Below, one piece after another: positions 6,567 to 16,323 of a stretch of DNA of 61,108 nucleotides (position 1 is the first letter of the stretch; the number at the start of each line of letters is the position of its first letter). The stretch spans positions 1 to 61,108 of the IMG/VR virus record IMGVR_UViG_3300031949_000741; one strand, given 5' to 3'. The position numbers and the translations under genes are program-made. The notes beneath the pieces were generated by a model that searched no databases, was not told the DNA's origin, and saw only the letters and a list, made by a program, of their open reading frames with translations. Source of the DNA: a virus (taxonomy: Duplodnaviria; Caudoviricetes).

Positions 6567-7265
6567 ATGAAGTTCTCCCTGGCTATTACCCACTACAACC
6601 GGTATGATATGCTCCTCCGGTCCTTCGAACAGGTCGTAGATGACCCGCGTATCAGTGAGGTCATTATATCAGACGATACCTCTACAGATAACTCATGGGA
6701 CAGGCTCAGGGAGACTTTCGGGAATAATCCCAAAATATACCTGCACAGGAACCAGACCAACATAGGAATGTCCTTAAATAAAGCTAAGGCAGTATCCTCA
6801 TGTATCAAGGGTCGCGTGATCCTGCTCGATAGTGATAACATCATAGATGCCTCTTACCTGGATGCAGCAGAAGCGGTCCTGAAAGTACCTTATGATAATA
6901 CAGTTATTTTCTGCCCGGAGTTTGCCCGTCCCAACTTTGACTACAGATTCTGGTCAGGCCGGACAATAGACATCTCCAACATTAAGACGTTTCTGGAGAA
7001 TCCTATGGGAGAGTGCCAGCTTAATACATGTAACTACATAGTAGACCGGGACAGGTATCTCAAGATCTACCAGTATGATCCTTTAATCAAAGAGACGGAC
7101 ACGGCACACTTCGCCCATCTCTGGCTTAAGTCAGGAGGATCCTTCTATATAGTACCTGATATGCAGTATGAACACACCGTGCACTCCGGCTCAGGCTGGC
7201 TGCAGAATGCTACCTATAATACGCAGAAGTCAAAGGAGCTCATCTACATGATCCGGAATCTCTGA
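6567..7265 (+). CDS. Glycosyltransferase family 2 (GT-A)
   Basis: LAITHYNR, IISDDTSTD, NIG..NK and LLDSD (DxD) motifs. Confidence 0.85.
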   Translation: MKFSLAITHYNRYDMLLRSFEQVVDDPRISEVIISDDTSTDNSWDRLRETFGNNPKIYLHRNQTNIGMSLNKAKAVSSCIKGRVILLDSDNIIDASYLDAAEAVLKVPYDNTVIFCPEFARPNFDYRFWSGRTIDISNIKTFLENPMGECQLNTCNYIVDRDRYLKIYQYDPLIKETDTAHFAHLWLKSGGSFYIVPDMQYEHTVHSGSGWLQNATYNTQKSKELIYMIRNL

Positions 7266-7268
7266 TCT

Positions 7269-8045
7269 ATGATGGTAACCTGCCGACTCTACGGCCGCAT
7301 GGCTAACCAGATGTTGCAGATAGCAGCTACTGTAGGATATGCCCGCAGGTATAATCTCCCCTACCATATCCCTGCTACTACTATTAATCCTAATACCTGG
7401 CCCCCAAGATTCACACATCTCACTAACAATAATTATGACGCTAAGCTTCCTACTATAGTCTTAAGAGAGACTACTCATGCCTACCAGGAGATGAAGTTTG
7501 ATCTTACCTGGAGCAATCTTAATATAGTCATAGATGGATACAGGCAGTCCCTCAAGTACTTTGAGCACTGTCTTGCCGAGGTCCGCAGAGCTTTTCCCTT
7601 CACTTACTCCTTCAATAAGAATACAGTAGGCCTGCATGTAAGAATCGGGGACTATAAGCTGTATCCCGATCATCATCCCGTTATTGCGGATATCTATATA
7701 AGCAGGGCCCTTAGTCTTATGCAGAGAAAAGGGCTTACGGATATTCATGTATTCAGTGACTCTATAGAGGAGTGTACCACCAGAATTAATCAGCAGATAT
7801 ATCCCGGATTCACCTTCACATATTCAGACCCCCGGTCAACTGACAGGTACGACTTTCAGTCTCTACTGAGTTGTGAGCACTTCATCATAAGCAACTCCAC
7901 ATTCTCTCTTATGGCCGCTATTCTCTCAGAGAGTCCCGGTAAGATAGTAATCAGTCCTTCAAAAGATAAATGGTTCGGACCATCAAACAGACACCTCGAT
8001 ACCTCAGATCTCATACCCACCGACTTTATACAAATAGACTACTAA
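7269..8045 (+). CDS. GT11 family, alpha-1,2-fucosyltransferase-like
   Basis: GRMANQMLQ, GYRQS, GLHVRIGDY (HxRxxD) and ISNSTFS. Confidence 0.9.
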   Translation: MMVTCRLYGRMANQMLQIAATVGYARRYNLPYHIPATTINPNTWPPRFTHLTNNNYDAKLPTIVLRETTHAYQEMKFDLTWSNLNIVIDGYRQSLKYFEHCLAEVRRAFPFTYSFNKNTVGLHVRIGDYKLYPDHHPVIADIYISRALSLMQRKGLTDIHVFSDSIEECTTRINQQIYPGFTFTYSDPRSTDRYDFQSLLSCEHFIISNSTFSLMAAILSESPGKIVISPSKDKWFGPSNRHLDTSDLIPTDFIQIDY

Positions 8046-8048
8046 ACT

Positions 8049-8678
8049 ATGGATAGACTAACATTACTGGAGGGACTGGCTAAAGTTCACCACACAGATA
8101 AGCTGGAGCACGGTTACCTGGAACATTATGCATCAGTACTCCCCAAACAGTGCAGCTCTCTTCTTGAGATAGGAGCTGCTAAAGGCTACTCCTTACTTAT
8201 GTGGAATGACTTCTATGGAATGGATAATGTGGATATACACTGTCTTGACCTTTTCATAAACCCGGAGTTTGTTAACGCACGCTGGTGCCGTAATCACAAC
8301 TTTGTCCCCCATACCGGAGACCAGTCAGATCTCAGGGTACTCTCCAGAATACATGATCAGTTTAACGTGATTATAGATGATGGATCTCACAACTCTTATG
8401 ATCAGCTCTTATCTTTCAAGCACCTCTTCCTTAATAATCTTCTCTCAGGAGGTCTTTATGTGATAGAAGACTGTCACTGTTGTAAGGATCCTTTCTACTG
8501 GAACAAAGGGATAACCTCTTTTGAAGAGACAGCACTTCACCTTATAAAGGAGTTTATAGTAACACATAGAATAACTCACTGGCTCTTCAATGAGGGAGAA
8601 GCTGAGGTATTCGAGTCTGTTATAGATAAGGCGGAAGTACTTTGCAATGATAAGATGATATGTATATGGAAGAAGTAA
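8049..8678 (+). CDS. SAM-dependent (sugar O-)methyltransferase
   Basis: TDK..HGY...Y, LLEIG, IIDDGSH and GGLYVIED motifs. Confidence 0.85.
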   Translation: MDRLTLLEGLAKVHHTDKLEHGYLEHYASVLPKQCSSLLEIGAAKGYSLLMWNDFYGMDNVDIHCLDLFINPEFVNARWCRNHNFVPHTGDQSDLRVLSRIHDQFNVIIDDGSHNSYDQLLSFKHLFLNNLLSGGLYVIEDCHCCKDPFYWNKGITSFEETALHLIKEFIVTHRITHWLFNEGEAEVFESVIDKAEVLCNDKMICIWKK

Positions 8679-9352
8679 GTACTATCCTTGTAGCATATCC
8701 TAAGAGCGGGAGTACCTGGCTAAAGTTTCTGCTGTGTAACCTGTTAAGACCGGATACAGAGCATGACTTTACCACAACTACCCGGCTTATACCATGTCTG
8801 GGTACCCCCGAGATGGAGAACAGTAAAAGATTTCTCCTTCTCAGATCTCACTTGTACACAAACTACCTGGAGCAGGACCATAAAGTTATTTATCTGCACA
8901 GGCACCCGGCAGACGTTCTTGTATCCTTCTACTTTCACAATAAGAAGTTCTATGACTACAAGGGAGATCTCACAACCTTTCTTAGGGATATGGAATATGG
9001 GAGGGAGTGGAGCGAGTACATGATATACTGGTTATCACAGAGAGGCACTAACCTTCTGGAGATATCCTATAGAGAACTCGAATTCGATACCAGTATCCAG
9101 CTCGAGAGAATAGCTCTCTTTATGGGCAAAGACTATTGTGCAGACAAAATAAACAGGGCGGTATCTAATAGCAATATGACTCGTATGAAGACACTGGAAT
9201 CTACTAAAGGATTAGGTCTTGACTCAGATACATCTATAAGATTTGTCAGGGAAGGAGGAGACAGAAGCCGTCACCTGATCTCCAGAGCAGACTATGAACA
9301 GATATTAAGGTATAACCATAACACACTAAAACTTGCAGGATATGTTAATTAA
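8660..9352 (+). CDS. PAPS-dependent sulfotransferase
   Basis: YPKSGSTWL (5'-PSB loop) and RHPADVLVSFY (3'-PB motif). Confidence 0.9.
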   Translation: MYMEEVSTILVAYPKSGSTWLKFLLCNLLRPDTEHDFTTTTRLIPCLGTPEMENSKRFLLLRSHLYTNYLEQDHKVIYLHRHPADVLVSFYFHNKKFYDYKGDLTTFLRDMEYGREWSEYMIYWLSQRGTNLLEISYRELEFDTSIQLERIALFMGKDYCADKINRAVSNSNMTRMKTLESTKGLGLDSDTSIRFVREGGDRSRHLISRADYEQILRYNHNTLKLAGYVN

Positions 9353-9962
9353 CCTGATGCAGCTAAAGAAGAGACACCAGCTAGATATACGAGGAGTTAT
9401 ACATATAGGTGCCCACCACGGACAGGAGTATAGCGACTATAAACTCTGCGGTATACATAATATCGTCTTTATAGAACCTTCCCCTGAAGCTTTCAAAGTT
9501 CTCTCAGCAAAGATGACCACTAAGTCGGAAGTCAGACTCTTTAATGTGGCATGCGGATCCTCCTACCAGGAAGCAACTATGTTTACTGAGACAGCTAATC
9601 AGGGACAGAGCAACTCACTACTCAGACCCGAGAAACATACTCTCTACTACCCTACCATAGAATTTAAAGGAACCCAGACCGTAGAAGTAACCCCTCTTGA
9701 CTCTATACTTCTGGACAAGCCATTATACAATATGATGAATATAGATGTTCAGGGTTATGAACTCGAAGTACTCAGAGGCTCGGAAGGAACCCTCCCTGGC
9801 ATAGATTATCTATACCTAGAGGTGAATATCTCAGAGTTGTATGAGGGATGTGCAAAGCTCAGTGAGATTGATAATTTCCTGAGTGACTTTATAAGACTGG
9901 ATACCCTCTTTACAGGAGAAGGATGGGGAGATGCATTTTACATAAGGAGGAGCTTACTATGA
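9342..9962 (+). CDS. FkbM family methyltransferase
   Basis: VIHIGAHHG, FIEP, SNSLL and IDVQGYELEVL. Confidence 0.9.
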   Translation: MLINLMQLKKRHQLDIRGVIHIGAHHGQEYSDYKLCGIHNIVFIEPSPEAFKVLSAKMTTKSEVRLFNVACGSSYQEATMFTETANQGQSNSLLRPEKHTLYYPTIEFKGTQTVEVTPLDSILLDKPLYNMMNIDVQGYELEVLRGSEGTLPGIDYLYLEVNISELYEGCAKLSEIDNFLSDFIRLDTLFTGEGWGDAFYIRRSLL

Positions 9963-10810
9963 TCAGAGTACCCGAAGAGTTCCGGCAAAGACACCCTTTC
10001 CCCTATCCTCCGGATAACAAGATTATTTTTGAGGAGTGGCTCTATAACATGCTGGCAATTTCTCCCAGGAAAGCTACCCCGAGAGTTTATCTACCTATAT
10101 TCTGGACAGCTTATCTTGTCAGGGCTGATTTCGGAAAGCACAAAGGTAAACTTGGTAAGCTGCAGACTTATGTAAATTCACTGAGTCCTAATATTAAGTA
10201 CTGGACAGTAGTACAATATGATGATGGCCCGGTGGTAGACATGTCCCATCTTGACTGCAAGTTCTTTGCTATGTCCGGTCCTAAGATAGACTATCCACTT
10301 CCTCTTATAGGTAGACCTCATACTGTAGAAGTACAGCAGGAACACCGGCCTTATCTCTTCAATTTCATAGGTAGAGTAACACATCCTCTGCGTAAAGAAC
10401 TTATGGAGACTCTGTCTAATCAATCCGACGGGTATATATCTACCAAGGATCATAATATTCAGCAGTACTGTGATATTCTTTCAAAGTCTGTCTTCACTTT
10501 ATGTCCCCGAGGATACGGACAGACCTCTTTCAGAATATCCGAGGCACTGCAGTACGGGTCTATCCCGGTCTATATCTCTGATGACTTCATCATTCCTTAT
10601 AACCACAACTTCTGCGACTATGGCCTAACCTTTTCTCCTGGTGATCTTCAGGAAGTTCTAAACACCCTCAGAGACTTTCCCAGAGATACTATAAAGAATA
10701 TCCAGTCCCGGATACCCTCTATCTACTATTCACTATTTACCTATGAAGGATGTTCAGTAAGGATCTTAAAAGAGCTGCATGATGAAGGCCTCGATAATAG
10801 TACCATATAG
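9959..10810 (+). CDS. Exostosin family (GT47) glycosyltransferase
   Basis: FNFIG...HPLR and SVFTLCPRGYGQTSFRISEALQYGSIPVYISD; ATGA-coupled to the previous gene. Confidence 0.85.
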   Translation: MIRVPEEFRQRHPFPYPPDNKIIFEEWLYNMLAISPRKATPRVYLPIFWTAYLVRADFGKHKGKLGKLQTYVNSLSPNIKYWTVVQYDDGPVVDMSHLDCKFFAMSGPKIDYPLPLIGRPHTVEVQQEHRPYLFNFIGRVTHPLRKELMETLSNQSDGYISTKDHNIQQYCDILSKSVFTLCPRGYGQTSFRISEALQYGSIPVYISDDFIIPYNHNFCDYGLTFSPGDLQEVLNTLRDFPRDTIKNIQSRIPSIYYSLFTYEGCSVRILKELHDEGLDNSTI

Positions 10811-11423
10811 AAACAGGGAGAGCCATCTCTTGAAGTTCATACCTGCTATCTCAGATTACCTGTCAAAAGCTAACATTTCCTATGAGATTATAGTAGTCCG
10901 GCAGCTCGGAGATAAGCCTTTTAACAGAGCCCTGCTACTAAATATAGGTTATAAGCACTCTTCGGGAGACTATCTCGTTTTTCATGATGTGGACATGCTC
11001 CCTCTGGAAGCAGACTATTCTCCTCCTAAAGAACCTACTCACATTGCTACAAAGTGCAGTCAGTTTCATAACAAGATGCCATACCCCGACTACTTCGGAG
11101 GAGTACTCCTGATCCCGAAGCAGGACTTCGTAGGAGTTAATGGTTACTCTAATAACTATTGGGGATGGGGCGGGGAAGATGACGACTTCAAAGAGAGATG
11201 TACTCTAAGAGGACTTACTATAACAAGAAGACAGTGTACCTTCGAAAGTTTACCTCATCCCCGCTCTATAAACAGTAAGCTTCACAAAGATAACTGTACA
11301 TTACTTAACAAGCTGAGAAACAAAGAGATAGCTCCTGAGGAAGACGGTCTTACCACTCTTCCCACCCTAGTCACTATCATAACCCAGAAAAAAGAGTATA
11401 TGCTTGTGAGTACTCAAGTATAA
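10779..11423 (+). CDS. GT7 family, beta-1,4-galactosyltransferase-like
   Basis: IIVPYRNR..HL, FNRALLLNIG, FHDVDMLP, YFGGV and NGYSNNYWGWGGEDDD. Confidence 0.92.
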   Translation: MMKASIIVPYRNRESHLLKFIPAISDYLSKANISYEIIVVRQLGDKPFNRALLLNIGYKHSSGDYLVFHDVDMLPLEADYSPPKEPTHIATKCSQFHNKMPYPDYFGGVLLIPKQDFVGVNGYSNNYWGWGGEDDDFKERCTLRGLTITRRQCTFESLPHPRSINSKLHKDNCTLLNKLRNKEIAPEEDGLTTLPTLVTIITQKKEYMLVSTQV

Positions 11424-11434
11424 GAACTTTATAT

Positions 11435-11472
11435 TACTTTTGCAAGTGCGGTGACCAGCACCCGGTCACCGC
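11435..11472 (+). promoter_or_regulatory. Host-type promoter TACTTTTG with a 5' leader hairpin
   Basis: TAnnTTTG at 11435-11442, then perfect stem GCGGTGACC/GGTCACCGC at 11448-11472. Confidence 0.6.
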
Positions 11473-11492
11473 TTAACATAACCTACCAGAAC

Positions 11493-13097
11493 ATGGGACT
11501 AGAGACAGGTAACAATCAAGGAGGAAAGAACTCTAACTTTAACTGGCAACTAAGAGTACTACAGCTACTAGGATCTATATCCGCCGGAGTACAAGATGAT
11601 GATGCCATAGCTGCCGTTGCAGCAGAAGATACAGTGACAGGACTTACATATGCCTTTATTACAGTCAGGGACCCAGGAACAGGTGTAGTAACCTTTCTCT
11701 ATTTTGACGGAGACGGTAATCCCTTCACTCCTATAAATCCTATGAGGATTGTTCCTACCTCGGGAGTACCTGCTTATGCAGAGGACTCTCCCCATAGCAG
11801 CGGGGATCTCGGTCTACAGATCCTTGCAGTCAGAGAAGATGCCCTCAGTCCTCTGACTAATGCAAATAATGACTACTCTTACTTTAAAGTCAATGTAAAC
11901 GGAGAGCTCTATATTATTGATGAGACAGCCAGGGCCACTCTGGCAGGTATTCTCGTAGATACGGGCTCTATAGATGCCCACTCGGCAAATATCGAAGCTT
12001 CACTAGCCAACATAGAGCTGGATATAGATACCTTGGAAGGAACTGCCTATCTCGAGAGTAGCTCAGGACTTATCGGAAGTAAAGGCACCTTTATTCTGGC
12101 CAGGAGAAATGATAATCTTACAAGCACCTTTGCGGACGCAGACGGAGAATGGTGTGGAATTGCCACAGATGAATTCGGGAGAGTCTTCGTAGATGATCTC
12201 GATACACAGGCCCTCATCCAGACTCTTATAGATAATGATGCCAACGGGACTCAGTATATGCAGGTCGTTGACGACCAGTTTCGCTACCCTATAGGTTCTT
12301 CCTTAACCACTACCCTTCTCGACGGAGACCTTGCTACCATAGATACTCTGGCTGAGGCTATAGCCACAGACCCTACAGCCAACGCAGGAGACGCTAGTGT
12401 TAAGTATTCACTAACTTTTATGAGCCGGTGGAACCTGAGATTGATGCAGGGACTTCACTCTTATTTCAGAGCGGAAGATTCAGCGTCTTCAACAGGTGAC
12501 ACGGGGCTTGGTATGCTGGCCATTCAGCGGGCTGTTCCTGCCGATACCGCCGCAGACTTAGATTATTCATTCCTTCAGATGTCAGGGGGAAGGTTATGGA
12601 CTTCCACTATTGTTGAGGCATCAGAGAATCATATAGGAGCTGTCGGAGGAAATTCAGGATATGTGGAGTTAACTCTCTCTCTCGATACCAGCATATATGC
12701 CACAGGTGACGTTCTCTTCGATACACAGGAAATAACAGCAGCCTTACGTCTTGCCGGAGTAACCGGAATTATTCATTCTATCTGTCTGGTAGATGAAGAC
12801 GCTCAGGCCCAGGCTATCGATCTTATTTTCCTGCGCACCAATGTGTCGATAGGGACAGAGAATTCGCCAGTTACTATCACCGATGCTAACTCCCGTGAAA
12901 TCCTCGGGGTAGTTCAGATCACGACTTCAGATTATGTTGATATGGTCAATAGCCAGTTTGCAATGAAGTCGAACCTAGGTATTGGCGTAAAGGGAGATGC
13001 CCTCGATGACATCTTTGTAGCCGGAGTTTTAAGAAGCGGAACACCTACATATACTGCAAGTGGAATAACCCTTAAAGTTTTCGTCCTGCAGGATTAG
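11493..13097 (+). CDS. Acidic repeat-containing protein, probable virion fibre or decoration
   Basis: Three copies of a roughly 48-aa repeat (AED....GD.G...LA.R); located before Gly-rich and esterase genes. Confidence 0.55.
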   Translation: MGLETGNNQGGKNSNFNWQLRVLQLLGSISAGVQDDDAIAAVAAEDTVTGLTYAFITVRDPGTGVVTFLYFDGDGNPFTPINPMRIVPTSGVPAYAEDSPHSSGDLGLQILAVREDALSPLTNANNDYSYFKVNVNGELYIIDETARATLAGILVDTGSIDAHSANIEASLANIELDIDTLEGTAYLESSSGLIGSKGTFILARRNDNLTSTFADADGEWCGIATDEFGRVFVDDLDTQALIQTLIDNDANGTQYMQVVDDQFRYPIGSSLTTTLLDGDLATIDTLAEAIATDPTANAGDASVKYSLTFMSRWNLRLMQGLHSYFRAEDSASSTGDTGLGMLAIQRAVPADTAADLDYSFLQMSGGRLWTSTIVEASENHIGAVGGNSGYVELTLSLDTSIYATGDVLFDTQEITAALRLAGVTGIIHSICLVDEDAQAQAIDLIFLRTNVSIGTENSPVTITDANSREILGVVQITTSDYVDMVNSQFAMKSNLGIGVKGDALDDIFVAGVLRSGTPTYTASGITLKVFVLQD

Positions 13098-13420
13098 TGA
13101 ACCCTGCTTTATATAGGAGGTTATATTCAGCGATATTAAGTCAGATGAGCAGTGAGATAACATATGTCGTAAATGGTGCAGCAGCAGGGGATTTTTTAGT
13201 CCCGGGAATAAGGACAGATCAGGCATTAGCTAAGGTCTTTTATTTAAGGGAGGTGCAAACAGGAGCGACTATACTTGGTATAAATGTCCTAACGACCTCT
13301 TCACTGAATGTCTCCGCCGATATAAAAAGTGAATTTACGGTGGCAGCAAGTGGAGTTATAAACAATACTGGCGGTACAAACACTATCGGCGGGATTTTAA
13401 TAGTAATCTGGAACAGCTAA
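13097..13420 (+). CDS. Hypothetical beta-rich protein
   Basis: GTG start overlapping the previous stop; in operon. Confidence 0.55.
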   Translation: MNPALYRRLYSAILSQMSSEITYVVNGAAAGDFLVPGIRTDQALAKVFYLREVQTGATILGINVLTTSSLNVSADIKSEFTVAASGVINNTGGTNTIGGILIVIWNS

Positions 13421-13423
13421 GCT

Positions 13424-14452
13424 ATGCCGAATATTTTATTAATAAGAAAATTACTATCTATGAGTTGTACTCCTATAAATCAACTACTTACGGCAGAGCT
13501 TATTGCTGAGTTAACTGACGCTCAGGTTCAGGCTATTTATGAAGGAAGGGCCACGGTGAATGTCGTTGAAATCACAGCGGACACAACTTACAATAAACCT
13601 GCGAATCTTCTATATGCTCTTGTTGCCTGTATTGGCGCTGGTGGTGGTGGTGCTGCTGGCAGACAAGGACTTATTAATACCACCCGTTGTGGTGGTGGCG
13701 GTGGTGCTTCCGGCTCAATTGTAAGACGCTCGTTATCCAACTTAGATATACCCGCGTCTGTTGCTGTCACAATAGGATTAGGGGGCGCCGGCGGGGCGGC
13801 GGTAACTGCCGGAAGTACAAATGGAAATCCGGGCGCAGAAGGAGGGGACACTACCTTCGGAGCGTTATTAATAGCTCCGGGAGGAAATGGAGGAAATGGC
13901 GGAACGACAGCGGCAAGCGTAACAGGTGGCGCAGTTAAAGCATTAACGGACGGACTTCCCGATGTCTTTCCACTATATCTAACCGCATCAACTGGTGGTA
14001 GCGGTAACAGTACTAACGGCGCATCGGGGGGAGCCTCTGGTATGTTTGCAGCATTAGGAAATAGCGCTCCGGGTGGTGGCGGATTAACCAGCGCAAATGC
14101 ACAAGGCAATGGGGGAGCAGGGTCAAGACTTTATGATAAAGACGGTGTTCTTTCAACATCAGCGGCAGCAGGAATAGCTCCCGGCGGTGACGGTGGAGTG
14201 GGAACAGACAACGTATCATTGCAGATATTAGACCAGTTTCCATTTACACCTTCAGTTTGGAACACGAAAGGGCTTGGTTCTTCCGGTGGCGGTGGCGCAG
14301 GTCATGCAACAGACGCCGGTGGCGATGGTGGAAATGGCGGGTTATATGGCGGCCCCGGTGGTGGCGGTGGAGCAGGATTAGATTTATTTGCTTCAGGAAA
14401 AGGTGGCGACGGTGCTGATGGATTATGTATAATTGTTGAAGTTATCGTATGA
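13424..14452 (+). CDS. Glycine-rich tail fibre-like protein
   Basis: IGAGGGG...GGGG.SG, VTIG.GG.GG, G..GGDTTFG and GGDGADGLCII pattern of phage Gly-rich domains. Confidence 0.75.
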   Translation: MPNILLIRKLLSMSCTPINQLLTAELIAELTDAQVQAIYEGRATVNVVEITADTTYNKPANLLYALVACIGAGGGGAAGRQGLINTTRCGGGGGASGSIVRRSLSNLDIPASVAVTIGLGGAGGAAVTAGSTNGNPGAEGGDTTFGALLIAPGGNGGNGGTTAASVTGGAVKALTDGLPDVFPLYLTASTGGSGNSTNGASGGASGMFAALGNSAPGGGGLTSANAQGNGGAGSRLYDKDGVLSTSAAAGIAPGGDGGVGTDNVSLQILDQFPFTPSVWNTKGLGSSGGGGAGHATDAGGDGGNGGLYGGPGGGGGAGLDLFASGKGGDGADGLCIIVEVIV

Positions 14453-15216
14453 ATGTGAAGGCAACTTTTCCATACTCACCAAATGATCCAAAAAGGAGCA
14501 ATATCCTTGTTGTGGGCATGGGAGGACAGTCGAATATGGACAAGTTTGCGGATTCACTACAGTCACAATATAGCGGACATCGCGGGGACATTAGGATATG
14601 GGATGGGGACAAGTTCGCAGCATTAACTACTTCAAATAATTCTTACCCCAATGCACCAGCAGGTAAACATGCGGGGGAGTTTGCAAGATTGTATAAGCTG
14701 GCAGATCTGACAAGCAGAACAGTATTCGGAGTTAAACACGCCGTAGGCTCTACTTCAATGAAGGATAACTGGCAGGTAGGACAGGCTACTTACGAGGCAC
14801 ACTGTGATACTATCACAGATGCTTTAGCGGCCGCGCCACAGGACTATGACTTTAATTACTTATGGTGTCAGGGGGAAGGGGACGCAAGTGTTCAGACAGA
14901 CGCTGATGCCTACGGCGCAAGATATTTAACCCAGATTAATGATTTCTGTACCCGATTCTCCCCCAAGGTATATGTGTGCATTTTAACTCAAAGTGATTTA
15001 GGCGCAGGGTATGATTATGCGACGACAGTTCATGCGGCGCAAATATCTGCTATTGCCTCGGCAGTAATATCTAACCCTGATACAAAGTTCGTTACCGTAG
15101 ATGTTGACGATATAAACACCGGCTCTCTCCACAGGGACTCCGATGGGTATAAGACAGAAGGGGAAAGAGGAGCTAATGCTCTTGACCTTTTAGTGAGTGG
15201 GGGGGGGGGAGGCTAA
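14449..15216 (+). CDS. SGNH/SASA-type carbohydrate O-acetylesterase
   Basis: GQSNM, WCQGEGDA and a late His (SLH). Confidence 0.8.
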   Translation: MNVKATFPYSPNDPKRSNILVVGMGGQSNMDKFADSLQSQYSGHRGDIRIWDGDKFAALTTSNNSYPNAPAGKHAGEFARLYKLADLTSRTVFGVKHAVGSTSMKDNWQVGQATYEAHCDTITDALAAAPQDYDFNYLWCQGEGDASVQTDADAYGARYLTQINDFCTRFSPKVYVCILTQSDLGAGYDYATTVHAAQISAIASAVISNPDTKFVTVDVDDINTGSLHRDSDGYKTEGERGANALDLLVSGGGGG

Positions 15217-15268
15217 GTCAAAGTTCTTCCGGTCACATAAACGTAAATTATTCTAAACTTCGTCTGTC

Positions 15269-15661
15269 ATGATACTACTCGATTCTACTAACATATCAGA
15301 TCTCATCTTCACAGGTAAAGATCTTATCTATATACTGACATTTGTAGTCTCCGGTCTCCTTGCATGGTTTAAGATGCAGAGTGACAAGGACAAGCATGCC
15401 TCCCGGATACAATCTCTGGAGAACTCCCTGATTCACATCGAGGATCTTCATAAGGAGAAGCTCGCTGACATCAGAAAGGAGCTAACTGAAAAAGAGGTCG
15501 TCCTTCACAGAAGGCTCGATAAGACGCAGGAAGATATGAGATCTCACGCCAATAAGACAGACCTGGAGTTTAAGAACCTCTCTGAGAAGATGGGGGGAAT
15601 GGCTACAGATATCAGTGAGATGAAAGGAATGCTCAAGACCCTTGTGGATAAGAGACATTAG
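15269..15661 (+). CDS. Membrane-anchored coiled-coil protein, possible holin
   Basis: One TM helix (LIYILTFVVSGLLAWF) plus heptad region, near the endolysin. Confidence 0.5.
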   Translation: MILLDSTNISDLIFTGKDLIYILTFVVSGLLAWFKMQSDKDKHASRIQSLENSLIHIEDLHKEKLADIRKELTEKEVVLHRRLDKTQEDMRSHANKTDLEFKNLSEKMGGMATDISEMKGMLKTLVDKRH

Positions 15662-15694
15662 TAGTACATTTGCAGCTAACCAACACTAAACTAT

Positions 15695-15883
15695 ATGATG
15701 AATCTTATTACACACTTAAGCAGTCTTGATAGCTACCTGGGATCTCTTAGTCTTAACAGGCAGGAACACACCAAAGTTATGCACCTGACAACCGCACTCC
15801 GTACGGCTATTCTGGAAGAAATACAAAAGCAGGCATCTGAGACAAAGAAACCAGATCTTCCACTACAAGTACAAAACTCCTAA
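15695..15883 (+). CDS. Small hypothetical protein
   Basis: Follows TACATTTG (15665-15672) and a TAACCAAC leader. Confidence 0.6.
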   Translation: MMNLITHLSSLDSYLGSLSLNRQEHTKVMHLTTALRTAILEEIQKQASETKKPDLPLQVQNS

Positions 15884-15904
15884 CTAACTATAAATAACCT
15901 ACTT

Positions 15905-16165
15905 ATGGCCGTCTACGAACAACTTAAGTCTACCCTTCTTGCAGTATGTGCGTCAGGGGTACCCACAGACATCACTGAGTTTTATGCCCAGCTCTCTGCA
16001 AAGTCAGACACCTGGGGTAAAGCATATATCCGGACAAGCACTGCTAAGTCCTCTCTACTGAGAGCCTCCAATGACTTCCGGATGAGAGCCTTTCCCATGA
16101 ATACCCAGACCTTCGCAGAGTTTACAGACTTCCAGACATATGCTCTGACTATCTGTACTCCTTAA
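15905..16165 (+). CDS. Hypothetical protein (86 aa)
   Basis: A-rich leader; followed by hairpin AGGGGCAGGG/CTCTGCCCCT at 16206-16233. Confidence 0.65.
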   Translation: MAVYEQLKSTLLAVCASGVPTDITEFYAQLSAKSDTWGKAYIRTSTAKSSLLRASNDFRMRAFPMNTQTFAEFTDFQTYALTICTP

Positions 16166-16323
16166 GATATCAGGATAGCGCCTCGTTTTTCTTATTCAAG
16201 GTGCCAGGGGCAGGGTTCTACCTCTCTGCCCCTAAACTTTAACTCCTCCTAAAATAAATGTGCAGAGTTTAAACTTTGTGTGTACATTTGTGTCTATATT
16301 TGCCTTCATATAACCAACCAACT

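Noticed and set aside
15199-15209. G11 tract at the end of the esterase gene as a phase-variation switch
   Set aside because: Slippage by one base either way only adds a short tail and stops without fusing to the next gene; the catalytic domain would be unchanged
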